DNA from: Candidatus Eiseniibacteriota bacterium
GTDB lineage: Bacteria; Eisenbacteria; RBG-16-71-46
Direction: 5' to 3'
DNA: 64,000 bases
Assembly (NCBI GenBank): GCA_041483195.1
Contig: JBGPFC010000013.1
Location: 1 to 64,000 of the forward strand
Shown here: in pieces, positions 16,780 through 26,640 of the stretch
How the letters are laid out: each line of letters opens with the position of its first letter
Position numbering within the stretch: position 1 is the first letter of the stretch
Made by a program: the position numbers and the translations under genes
Notes under the pieces: generated by a model
Databases searched by the model: none
Told to the model about the DNA's origin: nothing
Seen by the model: only the letters and a program-made list of their open reading frames with translations

Positions 16780-17589
16780 GTGAGCACGCCCGACGATCAC
16801 GAATCCAAGCCAGGGCCCCCTGCGACACCGCCAGCCGCCGGGGCATGGCTACCCCCCAGACTGCGCGACAAGATCGACACCTCCGAAGGCGGAGACCCGG
16901 ACTGGATGAAGAAGAATTCTTCGCCGGTCGGGATGATCGTGTTCGTGATCGTCGCGATAGTGGCCGTGGCCGGCGTGTGGTCGCTGATCCACTCCAATCA
17001 GGTGAAGGCGCAGGCCGAGGCCGCGCGGGTCGCGGCGGCCGCCCGTGCCGCCGTCGTCGCCGACTCGCTCGCGGCACTGCACCGTGCGGACAGCCTCGCC
17101 GCCGTGGCCCAGGCGGATTCGATCGCATTCACGAAGCTGCCGAGATCCGAGCAGCGAAGGATCCTCGCCGCGAAGGCGAAGGCGGCCGCCGCCGCCGCGG
17201 CGAGCGGCACCGCGCCCGACGCTGCGACCTCCGTCAAGCCATCGACACCCGCTCCCGCGAGCGCTCCGGCGAGCGCGCCGGCGACTCCCGCGAGCGCCGC
17301 TCCTCCGGCCGCGACCGAGAAGCCGGAGGCTTCGGAATCCGGATCGTTCGGCATCGACGCCGGTGAGTTCCTCGACGACGTGCGGGCGAAGCAGGTGGCC
17401 GACGCGCTCACGGCGACCACCAAGCTGGCGGCGCAGGTGGTCACGGTGGGCGAAGGCGGATCCGCGAGCTTCCACGTGGTGCTCGGAAACTTCTCGAGCC
17501 GCGCGGCCGCCGAGAAGAAGGCGGGCGATCTGCTCGGGGCCGGGCTGGTTCAGCAGGCCGCCGTCATGACCCTGCCGAAGGCGAAGTAG
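16780..17589 (+). CDS. Single-pass membrane SPOR-domain protein
   Basis: GTG after a GAGGAGGA RBS; TM helix, Ala/Pro linker, C-terminal FGIDAGEF...FHVVLGNFSSRAAAEK. Confidence 0.82.
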   Translation: MSTPDDHESKPGPPATPPAAGAWLPPRLRDKIDTSEGGDPDWMKKNSSPVGMIVFVIVAIVAVAGVWSLIHSNQVKAQAEAARVAAAARAAVVADSLAALHRADSLAAVAQADSIAFTKLPRSEQRRILAAKAKAAAAAAASGTAPDAATSVKPSTPAPASAPASAPATPASAAPPAATEKPEASESGSFGIDAGEFLDDVRAKQVADALTATTKLAAQVVTVGEGGSASFHVVLGNFSSRAAAEKKAGDLLGAGLVQQAAVMTLPKAK

Positions 17590-17604
17590 CCCGCCGCGAT
17601 CACG

Positions 17605-17635
17605 GGCCGGACCGCGCGCGCCGCGCGGTCCGGCC
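17605..17635. terminator. Perfect 14-bp GC hairpin between convergent genes
   Basis: GGCCGGACCGCGCG-cgc-CGCGCGGTCCGGCC. Confidence 0.6.
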
Positions 17636-17639
17636 TCCG

Positions 17640-18923
17640 TCACTCCGCCGCCCGCCGTGCACCGCCCGCGGTGACCACCGGCGTCTCGCGACGATACGCG
17701 CGCAGGTCCGGGGTCTGCGCCCACACCGAAGCGGTCGCGAGCAGGCAGCCGATCCCCCCGCTGACGACCGAGAAGGGCGCGCCCCACGCGTTCGCGGCCA
17801 GCCCGGCTTCCATCTCGCCGAGCTGCGGACCGCCCATGAAGAAGATCATGTTCACTCCGGTCATGCGACCGCGCATGTGATCCGGCGTGTTGAGCTGACG
17901 GATGATGTTGCGGATCACCATGCTCACGGTGTCGGTCGCGCCGGTGAGCGCGAGGCAAGTGAAGGTGAGCGCGAAGCTGCGCGAGAAACCGAAGATCACG
18001 GTGGCGATCCCGTAGCCCAGCACCGCCCACAGCATCGCGGCGCCGCGGCGGTCGATGCGATCGATCAGCGGAGCGAGCGCGAGACTGGTGAGCACCGCGC
18101 CCACCGATGGCGCGGCGGCCAGCAGGCCGTAGCCCTTCGCCCCCACGTTCAAGACGTCCTGCGCGAAGATCGGCAGCAGGGCGGTCGCCGACGCGAAGAA
18201 GGTCGCGAAGAAATCGAGCAGCATGGTGGAGCGGATGAGCGGGGCGTGGAACACGAAACGCAGGCCCTCGGCCGCGGCCCGCAGGCTGATCTCGCCCTTC
18301 TCGCCTCCCGCGCGCTCCGGCACGTCGCGCAGCATCAGCAGCGCCGCGATCACGCACAGGAACGAAGCCGCGTTGAGCGCGTACGCCCAGCCCACGCCCA
18401 GCCCCGCGATCACCAGCCCGCCCGCGGCGGGACCCGCCACCGAGGCGATCTGAAACATGATGGTGTTGAGGCTGATCGCGTTGGGAAGATGCTCGCGCGG
18501 CACCAGGTTCGGAATCAGCGATTGGCGGGCGGGCCCGTCGAATGCGCCGAACGCCGAGCCGAGCGCGGCCAGCAGGTAGACCGGCCACAACGCGTGCACG
18601 TCGCGAAACGCGAGCCACGCGAGCATCCCGGCCGCGAGCGCCATGCCGGTCTGGGTGACGAGCAGCAGCCGGCGGCGATCGACCGCGTCCGCCACCACGC
18701 CGCTGATCATCGAGAACGCGATGATGGGGACGATGCGCACCAGCCCGACCATCCCGAGCGCGAGGCCGCGCTGATGCGCGGGCACCAGCAGCGAGACGTG
18801 CCACAGGATCGCGGCGCTCTGCATCATGGAGCCGGCCATCGACACCAGCTGCCCGCCCCACAGCAGGCGGAAGTTCCGATGACGGAGCGCGACGAACGCG
18901 GACGGCGTGAGGCCGGCGCTCAT
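17640..18923 (-). CDS. MFS transporter (EntS/MFS_3-like)
   Basis: ALRHRNFRLLW, GVVADAVDRRR motif A, PARQSLIP, TPDHMRGR; about 12 TM. Confidence 0.9.
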   Translation of the reverse strand: MSAGLTPSAFVALRHRNFRLLWGGQLVSMAGSMMQSAAILWHVSLLVPAHQRGLALGMVGLVRIVPIIAFSMISGVVADAVDRRRLLLVTQTGMALAAGMLAWLAFRDVHALWPVYLLAALGSAFGAFDGPARQSLIPNLVPREHLPNAISLNTIMFQIASVAGPAAGGLVIAGLGVGWAYALNAASFLCVIAALLMLRDVPERAGGEKGEISLRAAAEGLRFVFHAPLIRSTMLLDFFATFFASATALLPIFAQDVLNVGAKGYGLLAAAPSVGAVLTSLALAPLIDRIDRRGAAMLWAVLGYGIATVIFGFSRSFALTFTCLALTGATDTVSMVIRNIIRQLNTPDHMRGRMTGVNMIFFMGGPQLGEMEAGLAANAWGAPFSVVSGGIGCLLATASVWAQTPDLRAYRRETPVVTAGGARRAAE

Positions 18924-18969
18924 CGCGATGCTGACGTCTGGCCGCGGCGCGGCGACCTGGGCGGTGGCG

Positions 18970-20001
18970 TCATGCCGTGCCCCGGCCGGTGATCAGGTAG
19001 ATCGCGTAGCTCCCGAGCCAGTGCGCCCCCGCGTAGTGTTCGCCGGTCACGCCCGCGAGGCCGGCGTCGCGATGCCGCGCCGCCGCCTCGCCCAAGCACG
19101 CGACTCGCGCGTCGCCATCGGGGAGCGCCGCGGCGACGCCTTCCAGCATCCACGCCCGGCTCAGGTTGAGTCCGTCGAGATGCGCGAGATGACCGTCCGA
19201 TGGATCGGGGCTCACCACCGGCGTGAGCCATCGCCGCGCCGCCGCCCCCGCGAGATCGGGGAGGAAGCCCGTGAGCCAGAGCGCGAACTCCGCCCGGGGC
19301 AGCACGCGCCGCAGCAGGTCGGCCTCGCCGAGAATCGGGGACAGGAAGTCGTGTCCCGATGGCTCGTACGCGATGGGCGCCGCGACGTCCGCCGCGAAGT
19401 ATTCCCGCGCGCGGCGTTCGACCAGACGCGTCATCGCGTCGTCGCCCGCGACGCGCGCCCAGTCGTGGACCAGGCCCAGCGCGAATGCGGTCTGCGCATG
19501 AGTCCCCGCGCGAACCGGCCACGGCAGCTTCGCGAACAGCTCGCGCAAGTGGTCGGCGGCGACCGCCTCGAGCGGCGCGAGCGCATCGCGCCACGCGCCG
19601 GCTTGGGCGTCCCGCCACTCGCGCAATTCCGCGCCGAGCTGCAGCAGCCACGCGAGGCCGTACGGCCGCTCGAACGCGGGCCGCGGACGGAGGTAGGCGA
19701 GCTCGCCCGCCAGGCGATCCTCGCCGAGGCTCGATCGCACCGCCTCCCGCGCGGACGCTTCGAAACGCGCGCCCGGAAAGCGGCGGAGGATGCGCACCAG
19801 GCACCAGTGTCCATGCACGGCCGAGTGCCAGTCGAAGCTGCCGTAGAACGCGGGGGTCAGATCGCGCGGCGGGCGCAGGTCCGCATCGCTCCCGAGCTGG
19901 AGGCTCACGTGGTTCGGGTACTCGCGGTGGATCGCGGCCAGCACCATGTCCGCGATGCGCTCGGCCTCCGCGGCCCCGCCCTGCACGTCTCGTGAGATCA
20001 C
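18970..20001 (-). CDS. DUF2891 family protein
   Basis: REYPNH, PAFYGSFDWHSAVHGHW, FERPYGLAWLLQL, EPSGHDFLSP, HLDGLNLSRAW, HYAGAHWLGSYA; GTG start overlaps the upstream stop. Confidence 0.85.
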   Translation of the reverse strand: MISRDVQGGAAEAERIADMVLAAIHREYPNHVSLQLGSDADLRPPRDLTPAFYGSFDWHSAVHGHWCLVRILRRFPGARFEASAREAVRSSLGEDRLAGELAYLRPRPAFERPYGLAWLLQLGAELREWRDAQAGAWRDALAPLEAVAADHLRELFAKLPWPVRAGTHAQTAFALGLVHDWARVAGDDAMTRLVERRAREYFAADVAAPIAYEPSGHDFLSPILGEADLLRRVLPRAEFALWLTGFLPDLAGAAARRWLTPVVSPDPSDGHLAHLDGLNLSRAWMLEGVAAALPDGDARVACLGEAAARHRDAGLAGVTGEHYAGAHWLGSYAIYLITGRGTA

Positions 20002-20966
20002 GGCATCCCCCCCGCGAGAATCGCCGAGAGCGTGTGCGCGTCGATGTTGCCGCCCGAGATCACGCACACCACCTTGCCGGCTCCGGCGCCGCCGGCGAGC
20101 GCGGCGGCGACCGAGGCGGCGCCCGCGCCCTCCGCGACCACCCGGGCGCGCTCGGCGAGCAGGCGGATCGCGCCCGCGATCTGCTCGAGCGACGCCACCC
20201 GGGAACCATCGAGCAGGCGGCGAGCGAGCGGCCACATCGAGGCGAGCACGAACGGCCCGCCGATGCCGTCGACGAAGCTGGGCCGGTACTCGACGCGCGC
20301 CGGCGCATCCGCCGCGAAGGAGGCGGCGAGCGGCGCAGCGGTCTCGACTTCGCACGCGAGCACGCGCGTCCGCGGCCGCAGCGCGCGCGTCGCGGTCGCG
20401 ATGCCGCAGCTCAGGCCCCCGCCCCCGTACGGCACCAGGATCGCATCCACGTCCGGCAGGTCCTCCAGGATCTCGAGGCCGATCGTGCCGTTCCCCGCGA
20501 TCACCGCGGGATCGCTCACCGGATGAACGAACATTCCATCGACTCCCGGATAGGCGTGCGACTCGAGGATCTCGAACCACTCCGCGAACGGAATGCGGAT
20601 CACGCGCGCCCCTAGCCGCTCGAGCGCCAGCAGCTTGGTGCGTGGGGCGTGGTCGGGCGCCACCACCGCGCATGGCACGCCCATGCGACGCGCCTGCCAG
20701 GCCACGCCCTGCGCCATGTTCCCGGCGCTCGCCGTCCAGACTCCGCCCGCGATGCGATCGCGGCCGGCCGCCAGCATCGCGTTGCTGGCGCCGCGCAGCT
20801 TGAAGGAGCCGATCGGCTGGAGGTTCTCGAGCTTGAGCCAGATCTCGCAGGGCGCGGCTTCGGCGTCGAGCCGCACCAGCGGCGTGCGCAATACCGAAGC
20901 CGCGATGCGCCCGGCTGCCGCGCGCACGTCGTCGAGCGTGATCTCGGGGACTGCGCTCACGAGCAT
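19998..20966 (-). CDS. PLP-dependent Ser/Thr dehydratase (fold type II), no regulatory domain
   Basis: KLENLQPIGSFKLRGA, SAGNMAQG, GGGGL, ISGGN. Confidence 0.9.
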   Translation of the reverse strand: MLVSAVPEITLDDVRAAAGRIAASVLRTPLVRLDAEAAPCEIWLKLENLQPIGSFKLRGASNAMLAAGRDRIAGGVWTASAGNMAQGVAWQARRMGVPCAVVAPDHAPRTKLLALERLGARVIRIPFAEWFEILESHAYPGVDGMFVHPVSDPAVIAGNGTIGLEILEDLPDVDAILVPYGGGGLSCGIATATRALRPRTRVLACEVETAAPLAASFAADAPARVEYRPSFVDGIGGPFVLASMWPLARRLLDGSRVASLEQIAGAIRLLAERARVVAEGAGAASVAAALAGGAGAGKVVCVISGGNIDAHTLSAILAGGMP

Positions 20967-21206
20967 CTCTCCATCCACGAACGGCCACGGACGCGACGGG
21001 TGTCGTCGCTCGCGCGGCCGGCCCGCGCCGGCCCGCGACCACGGCGAGCACCGCAGAGGAGCGCAGCGTAGCACGCGCGGCGCGGGCATCGTCATCGGCC
21101 GGGGCGCCGCCGTGCCGGTTTGACGCTGCACAGCGGCCTGTCTAGCTTCCTGCGTCATGCGCGCCGCCCCCCCGCGGGTCGCGGCGCCTCACACGTGGAG
21201 GACGGG

Positions 21207-21884
21207 ATGGATCAGGGCGCACGTTCGTATTGGGCGGAATTCCTCGGCACGTTCACGTTGTGCTTCGCGGGTCAGGGTGCGATCTGCGTTCATCAGATGA
21301 GCGGCGCGCAGGATTCCGGGCTGCTCGCGATCGCGATCGCGCACGGCCTCGCGCTGGCCGTGATGATCTCCGCATTCGGCGCGACCTCGGGCGGGCACTT
21401 CAATCCGGCCGTGACCTTTGGCTTCCTGGTCACCGGACGACAGGGTCTGGGCTCCGCGATCGCCTACTGGATCTCGCAGCTGCTGGGCGCGGTGATCGCG
21501 AGCTACCTGCTGCGCTCGCTGTTTCCATCTTCGGTCTGGCAGGCCGTGCACCTCGGCGCCGCCGCGCTGAGCCCCGAGATCACGGTGCGGGGAGGATTCC
21601 TGATCGAATTCGTGCTGAGCTTCTTCCTGATCACGGCGGTGTGGGGCACCGCGGTCGATCCGCGCGCGCCGAAGATCGGCGGGTTCGGCATCGGGCTCAC
21701 CGTGACCATGGACATCCTGATGGGCGGCCCGCTCACCGGGGCGGCCATGAACCCGGCCCGCGCCTTCGGCGCGGCGCTCGCCTCGGGATTCTGGCCGAAT
21801 CACTGGATCTTCTGGGTGGCCCCGCTCGCGGGCGGCGCCGCGGCCGCGCTCATCTACGCGAGGCTCGTCCACCCTCGCGACTGA
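21207..21884 (+). CDS. MIP family aquaporin
   Basis: AEFLGTF, SGGHFNPAVT, AMNPARAFG, HWIFWVAP; GGAGG RBS. Confidence 0.95.
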   Translation: MDQGARSYWAEFLGTFTLCFAGQGAICVHQMSGAQDSGLLAIAIAHGLALAVMISAFGATSGGHFNPAVTFGFLVTGRQGLGSAIAYWISQLLGAVIASYLLRSLFPSSVWQAVHLGAAALSPEITVRGGFLIEFVLSFFLITAVWGTAVDPRAPKIGGFGIGLTVTMDILMGGPLTGAAMNPARAFGAALASGFWPNHWIFWVAPLAGGAAAALIYARLVHPRD

Positions 21885-22007
21885 GCGGCGCCCCCGAGGG
21901 CCCCGGTCCCGCTCAAGACCGGGCGCAGGGGCGGCCGATACCATGGGGGGCCCGGGTGATGCTTCGTTCGATCACCCGGCCCCCGCATTCATTTCAGGGG
22001 AATCCCG

Positions 22008-23567
22008 ATGGCAGATCCACGGATGAACAGCACGCCGCCCGGCTTCGACATCGAGCGTGACCTGCCCGCCGGCTTCATGCGCTTCTATCGCCCGCTGCAC
22101 GCGGCGTTCACCTCGCGGCAGCAGGCGCACGCGAAGCGGCGGCTCGAGGTGCTGGCTGACGCGCATCGCGGCCGGCTGCCCGATCACCTGCCGCCCTCCG
22201 AGGCGACGCGTGGCGCGTGGCGCGTGGCGCTTCCCTCATGGTGCCAGGACCAGCGCAACCAGATGACCGGCCCCGCCGACGACGCGGAGCTGGTGGTCAA
22301 GATGCTGAACTCGGGAGCGCCGGGCGTCATGCTCGACCTCGAGGACTCGATGGCGAACACCTGGCCGAGCCTCATGACCGGGGTCGGTAACATCATCGCC
22401 GCGCTGCACGGGGAGCTGACCTACGACGACCGCAAGCGCGGGCGGACGGTCGGCATCGAACCCTCGGCCACCGTGATCTGGAACCGCGTGCGCGGCCTCC
22501 ACCTCTCGCAGGCGGGCGTGCTCCCCGGCGACGAGCTCACCTCGGCGTCGCTGCTCGATCTCGCGCTGATCGTGCATCGGGTCGAGCCCGAGCGCCTCCG
22601 CCACCCGCTCGCCTTCTACATTCCGAAGTCCGAGTCGGCTGAGGAAGCGCTGTGGTGGCGCGACGCGTTCGTCGCCCTCGCGCGCGCGCGCGGCTGGCCG
22701 GCCGACGCCATCAAGTGCATGGCGCTCGTCGAATCCCATCCACTCGCCTTCCAGATGGAGGAGTTCCTCCACCACCTGCGCGACCACATCCTGGGACTCA
22801 ACCTCGGACGCTGGGACTACATGGCGAGCCTGATTCACTTCACGCTCGCGGATCCGGCGTGGGTGCTGCCCGACCGGAACACCATTCCCCACGACGTGCC
22901 GTTCTTTCAGCGGGTGCGCTTCCTGATGGCCGACATCTGCCACCGCCGCTCGGCGCTTGCGATCGGCGGCATGACCGCGCTCTACCCGAGCCGCGAGGAT
23001 GCCGCGCTCAACGCGCGCGCGCTCGCGGTGCTCGAGCAGGACAAGCGGAACGAGGCGCGCTGCTTCATGGACGGCGCGTGGACCGGGCATCCGGATCAGA
23101 ACGCGATCGCGGTGGCGCAGTTTCCCGCGCCGAACCAGCTCGCGAGCCGTCCGCCCGAGGCCCTGCGCACCCCCGACCTGCGGCCGCGCCCCGACGGCGT
23201 CGGCGCGCGAACGCTGGACGGCACCCGCGCCGCGGTGCGCACCGTCATCCGTTATCGCAACGGCGTGCTGAACGGCAAGGGCGCGAGCCTGCTCGACGGA
23301 TACATGGAAGACCTCGCCACCGACCGCATCTACCGGCTCATGATCGCGCAGCGCATGAAGCATCGCGCCGGGGCGGCGATCCCTGACGAGGCGGGCCGGC
23401 CGGCGGAACACACCCCCGGGCTGGTGCGCCGCTGCTTCGATGAGGAGCTCGCGCGCCTGATCGATGAGCTGCCGCGCGGCAAGGACGCCGGCAGCGCGGA
23501 GACGTTGAGCGCGGTGGCCGCCGCGAGCCTCGAGATGATCACGAACGGCTGGTTCAGCCCGGTATGA
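22008..23567 (+). CDS. aceB: Malate synthase (divergent type A-like)
   Basis: TGP, DLEDS, RVRGLHL, YIPKSES, GRWDY, GGM, MEDLAT; directly upstream of isocitrate lyase. Confidence 0.85.
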   Translation: MADPRMNSTPPGFDIERDLPAGFMRFYRPLHAAFTSRQQAHAKRRLEVLADAHRGRLPDHLPPSEATRGAWRVALPSWCQDQRNQMTGPADDAELVVKMLNSGAPGVMLDLEDSMANTWPSLMTGVGNIIAALHGELTYDDRKRGRTVGIEPSATVIWNRVRGLHLSQAGVLPGDELTSASLLDLALIVHRVEPERLRHPLAFYIPKSESAEEALWWRDAFVALARARGWPADAIKCMALVESHPLAFQMEEFLHHLRDHILGLNLGRWDYMASLIHFTLADPAWVLPDRNTIPHDVPFFQRVRFLMADICHRRSALAIGGMTALYPSREDAALNARALAVLEQDKRNEARCFMDGAWTGHPDQNAIAVAQFPAPNQLASRPPEALRTPDLRPRPDGVGARTLDGTRAAVRTVIRYRNGVLNGKGASLLDGYMEDLATDRIYRLMIAQRMKHRAGAAIPDEAGRPAEHTPGLVRRCFDEELARLIDELPRGKDAGSAETLSAVAAASLEMITNGWFSPV

Positions 23568-23661
23568 CGCGGCGGCCGGCATCGCTCCCCGTGCGGCTCA
23601 GGTCCGCACCCTTCCACCCTCCGCGCCAGGGCGGCGCGGGCCATCCCCCACGGAGTGCACG

Positions 23662-24942
23662 ATGACCAGCGCGCGCAGTCTCGCCGAGATCCGGAACGCA
23701 TGGGCCAACGATGCACGCTGGCGGGGGATCGAGCGCGGCTACGACGCCGAGCACGTGATCCGTCTGCGCGGCACCCTGCACGTCGAGCAGAGCCTCGCGC
23801 GCCGCGGCGCCGAGCGGCTGTGGAGCGCGATGGCGGCCCACCCGCCGGTGCGCGCGCTCGGCGCGCTCACCGGGAATCAGGCGGTGCAGCAGGTCGCGGC
23901 GGGCCTCGAGGCGATCTATCTCAGCGGATGGCAGGTGGCCGCCGATGCCAACACCGCCGGGCAGACCTACCCCGACCAGAGCCTCTATCCGGTGGACAGC
24001 GTCCCGAGCGTCGTGCGTCGCATCAACCACGCGCTCCAGCGCGCCGATCAGATCGCGCACCTGAACGGCGAAGGCGGCCGGATCGACTGGTTCGCGCCGA
24101 TCGTGGCAGATGCGGAGGCGGGTTTCGGCGGCGACCTCAACGCGTTCGAGCTCATGAAGGCGATGATCGAGGCGGGCGCGGCGGGGGTGCACTTCGAAGA
24201 CCAGCTGGCGTCCGCGAAGAAGTGCGGACACATGGGCGGCAAGGTGCTGGTGCCCACCCGCGAGTTCGTCCACAAGCTGCGGGCGGCGCGGCTCGCGGCG
24301 GACGTGCTCGACGTGCCGACGCTGCTGGTCGCGCGCACCGACGCGAACAGCGCGAAGCTGCTCACCAGCGACATCGACCCGCGCGATCACGCGTTCCTGA
24401 CCGGCAAGCGCACCGCCGAGGGATTCTTCGAGCTGCGCGGGGGTCTCGACGCCGCGATCGCTCGCGGCCTCGCCTACGCGCCGTACGCCGACCTGCTGTG
24501 GTGCGAGACCTCGAGCCCGGACGTCGATGAGGCGCGGCGATTCGCCGCCGCGATCCACGCGCGCTTTCCCGGCAAGCTCCTCGCCTACAACTGCTCGCCT
24601 TCTTTCAATTGGTCGAAGCATCTGGACGCGGCCACCATCGCGCAATTCCAGGACACGCTCGGCGCGATGGGCTACGCTTTCCAGTTCGTCACGCTCGCCG
24701 GATTCCACTCGATCAATCTCGGCATGTTCGAGCTGGCGCTCGGCTACCGCGAGCGCGCGATGAGCGCTTACGCGAAGCTCCAGGATCACGAGTTCGATCT
24801 GCAGCAATCGCACGGCTACGGAGCGGTGAAGCACCAGGCCTTCGTCGGCACCGGCTACTTCGACGAGGTCGCACGCACCATCAGCGCGGGCGAGACCTCG
24901 ACCGCCGCGCTCAAGGACTCGACCGAAGAGCATCAGTTCTAG
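23662..24942 (+). CDS. aceA: Isocitrate lyase
   Basis: [33 protein letters not shown], ends STEEHQF. Confidence 0.98.
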   Translation: MTSARSLAEIRNAWANDARWRGIERGYDAEHVIRLRGTLHVEQSLARRGAERLWSAMAAHPPVRALGALTGNQAVQQVAAGLEAIYLSGWQVAADANTAGQTYPDQSLYPVDSVPSVVRRINHALQRADQIAHLNGEGGRIDWFAPIVADAEAGFGGDLNAFELMKAMIEAGAAGVHFEDQLASAKKCGHMGGKVLVPTREFVHKLRAARLAADVLDVPTLLVARTDANSAKLLTSDIDPRDHAFLTGKRTAEGFFELRGGLDAAIARGLAYAPYADLLWCETSSPDVDEARRFAAAIHARFPGKLLAYNCSPSFNWSKHLDAATIAQFQDTLGAMGYAFQFVTLAGFHSINLGMFELALGYRERAMSAYAKLQDHEFDLQQSHGYGAVKHQAFVGTGYFDEVARTISAGETSTAALKDSTEEHQF

Positions 24943-24979
24943 GCCGCGCGCTCCGCGGCCCGCGCGCCGCGCCGATGCT

Positions 24980-26629
24980 ATGCTCGGCTGCGAAATGGCC
25001 AGCCCCCCGCCGATCGCTCGCCCCGCGCCCCGCGGCGCAAACGTCGCGGGCATCGCGCGCGACCGTGCGGCGCTGCTCGCGGTGATGTTCGCCGCCGTCG
25101 TCGTGTTCATCGGCGCGCTGTCCTATTTCTTCGGGCAGGACGACTTCGCGGGCCTCGCGCGCGCGCGCGGCCTGCTCGCTCCGCTCCACGGACCGTGGCG
25201 GTTCGTGTCCGGGCAGCTCTACTTCTGGCTGATGCGCCCGCTCGGTCTCGCCGCCGCGGGTTACCACGCCGTGAACGTGTTCGCGCATGCGGCCTGCGCC
25301 GGCCTGCTGTTCGCCATGCTGCGCCGGCGCTTCGCCGCGCCCGCCGCGCTGCTCGGCGCGCTGTGCTTCGCCGCGCATCCCGCGCTCTACATGGCGGTCT
25401 ACTCCGTATCCGGGGTCGGCGAGATCCTGGCGCTGCTGTTCGCGCTCGCCGCGATGTGGGCCGCGACCCGGCCGGGCCGCGCCGCGTGGATCGCGCTTCC
25501 GCTGTTCGCGCTCTCGCTGCTCTCCAAGGAATCCACCGTGCTGCTGCCGATCGCGCTCTGGATCGTCCCGGGCTGGATCGATCCCGTCGGCGCGCCCGCC
25601 TCGCCGCCCGGCGCCGCGCGCTCGCCGGGCGGCCGGGCGCTGCGGGTCGCGCTCCTCGTGCTGGCGCTCGCGGACCTGGCGTCGTGGTTCGGCGGCGACG
25701 CGTTCGGCACCCGCGCCGGGCTCGATCCCTCCGCGCCGTACGCGGTGAGCCTCGGGCCGCACGTGGCGATCAACGCCGCGACCTACCTGGGCTGGACGGC
25801 AAACATGCTGCTGCCCACCACGCGGACCTTCGAGGATCTCGCGGATCCCGCGCTGGCTCCATGGGCGGTCGCGCTGGCGGCGGCGTGGCTCGCCGGGTTC
25901 GCGCTGCGGCCGCTGCGGCGCCGCGGCTGGTTCTCGGGCGGAGCCACCTTCGCGCTGCTGATCGCCCCGGTGCTCGGCCTCAGGAATCACACCTACCACT
26001 ACTACCTCTACGCCCCGCTGATCGGCGCCGCGTGGTGCGTCGCGGCACTCGGCGACGCAGCGTTCCGGCGGCCCGCTGCGCCGAGCGCGCGCGCCTCACG
26101 CACTCCGGCGCGCGAGGCGCCGGGCCCGGGGCCCGACTCCTCGGAACGCGCGATTGCGTGGCCGGCCACGCTCGCGCTCGGCGCGCTGCTGGTGCTGAAC
26201 GGCGCGCTGCTGGTTCGAAAGATCGAGACCATGCCGTTCGTCGACCCGCGGCTGCGCGCCGACCCGATCGTGGATCGCGCGCGGATCGCGCGCCGCGTGT
26301 ACGAGGGGCTCAGGCGCGCGGAGCTGCCGCCGCGGGCGGAGCTGGTGTTCTGGTCGCCGGCGTCGATGCGCTACGAGCGCCTGAACCACCCCGACTCGGA
26401 CCCGATACACGTCGAGACCTACTGGGAGCGCAACGTGCGGTCGGCGCTGCTCGACGGGCTCGCCGTGCGCGTGATGTTTCCGGCGGTGGATTCCGTGGTC
26501 TTCATCCACGCCTACCGTCCCGCCGGCGATCGCGCGCGGTTCGTGCTCTACGATCCGGACGGAACGGTGACGGTCGAGTCGCCAGCCCACCTCGATTCGG
26601 TGATGCGAGCGGCGGCGGGACACCCGTGA
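24980..26629 (+). CDS. Polytopic membrane protein, GT-C/PMT-like glycosyltransferase candidate
   Basis: TM followed by YFFGQDDF (acidic pair in first loop), YHAVN..H, FAAHP, LLSKE, YYLY.P; start may be 24995. Confidence 0.65.
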   Translation: MLGCEMASPPPIARPAPRGANVAGIARDRAALLAVMFAAVVVFIGALSYFFGQDDFAGLARARGLLAPLHGPWRFVSGQLYFWLMRPLGLAAAGYHAVNVFAHAACAGLLFAMLRRRFAAPAALLGALCFAAHPALYMAVYSVSGVGEILALLFALAAMWAATRPGRAAWIALPLFALSLLSKESTVLLPIALWIVPGWIDPVGAPASPPGAARSPGGRALRVALLVLALADLASWFGGDAFGTRAGLDPSAPYAVSLGPHVAINAATYLGWTANMLLPTTRTFEDLADPALAPWAVALAAAWLAGFALRPLRRRGWFSGGATFALLIAPVLGLRNHTYHYYLYAPLIGAAWCVAALGDAAFRRPAAPSARASRTPAREAPGPGPDSSERAIAWPATLALGALLVLNGALLVRKIETMPFVDPRLRADPIVDRARIARRVYEGLRRAELPPRAELVFWSPASMRYERLNHPDSDPIHVETYWERNVRSALLDGLAVRVMFPAVDSVVFIHAYRPAGDRARFVLYDPDGTVTVESPAHLDSVMRAAAGHP

Positions 26630-26640
26630 TCCGACCCGCC

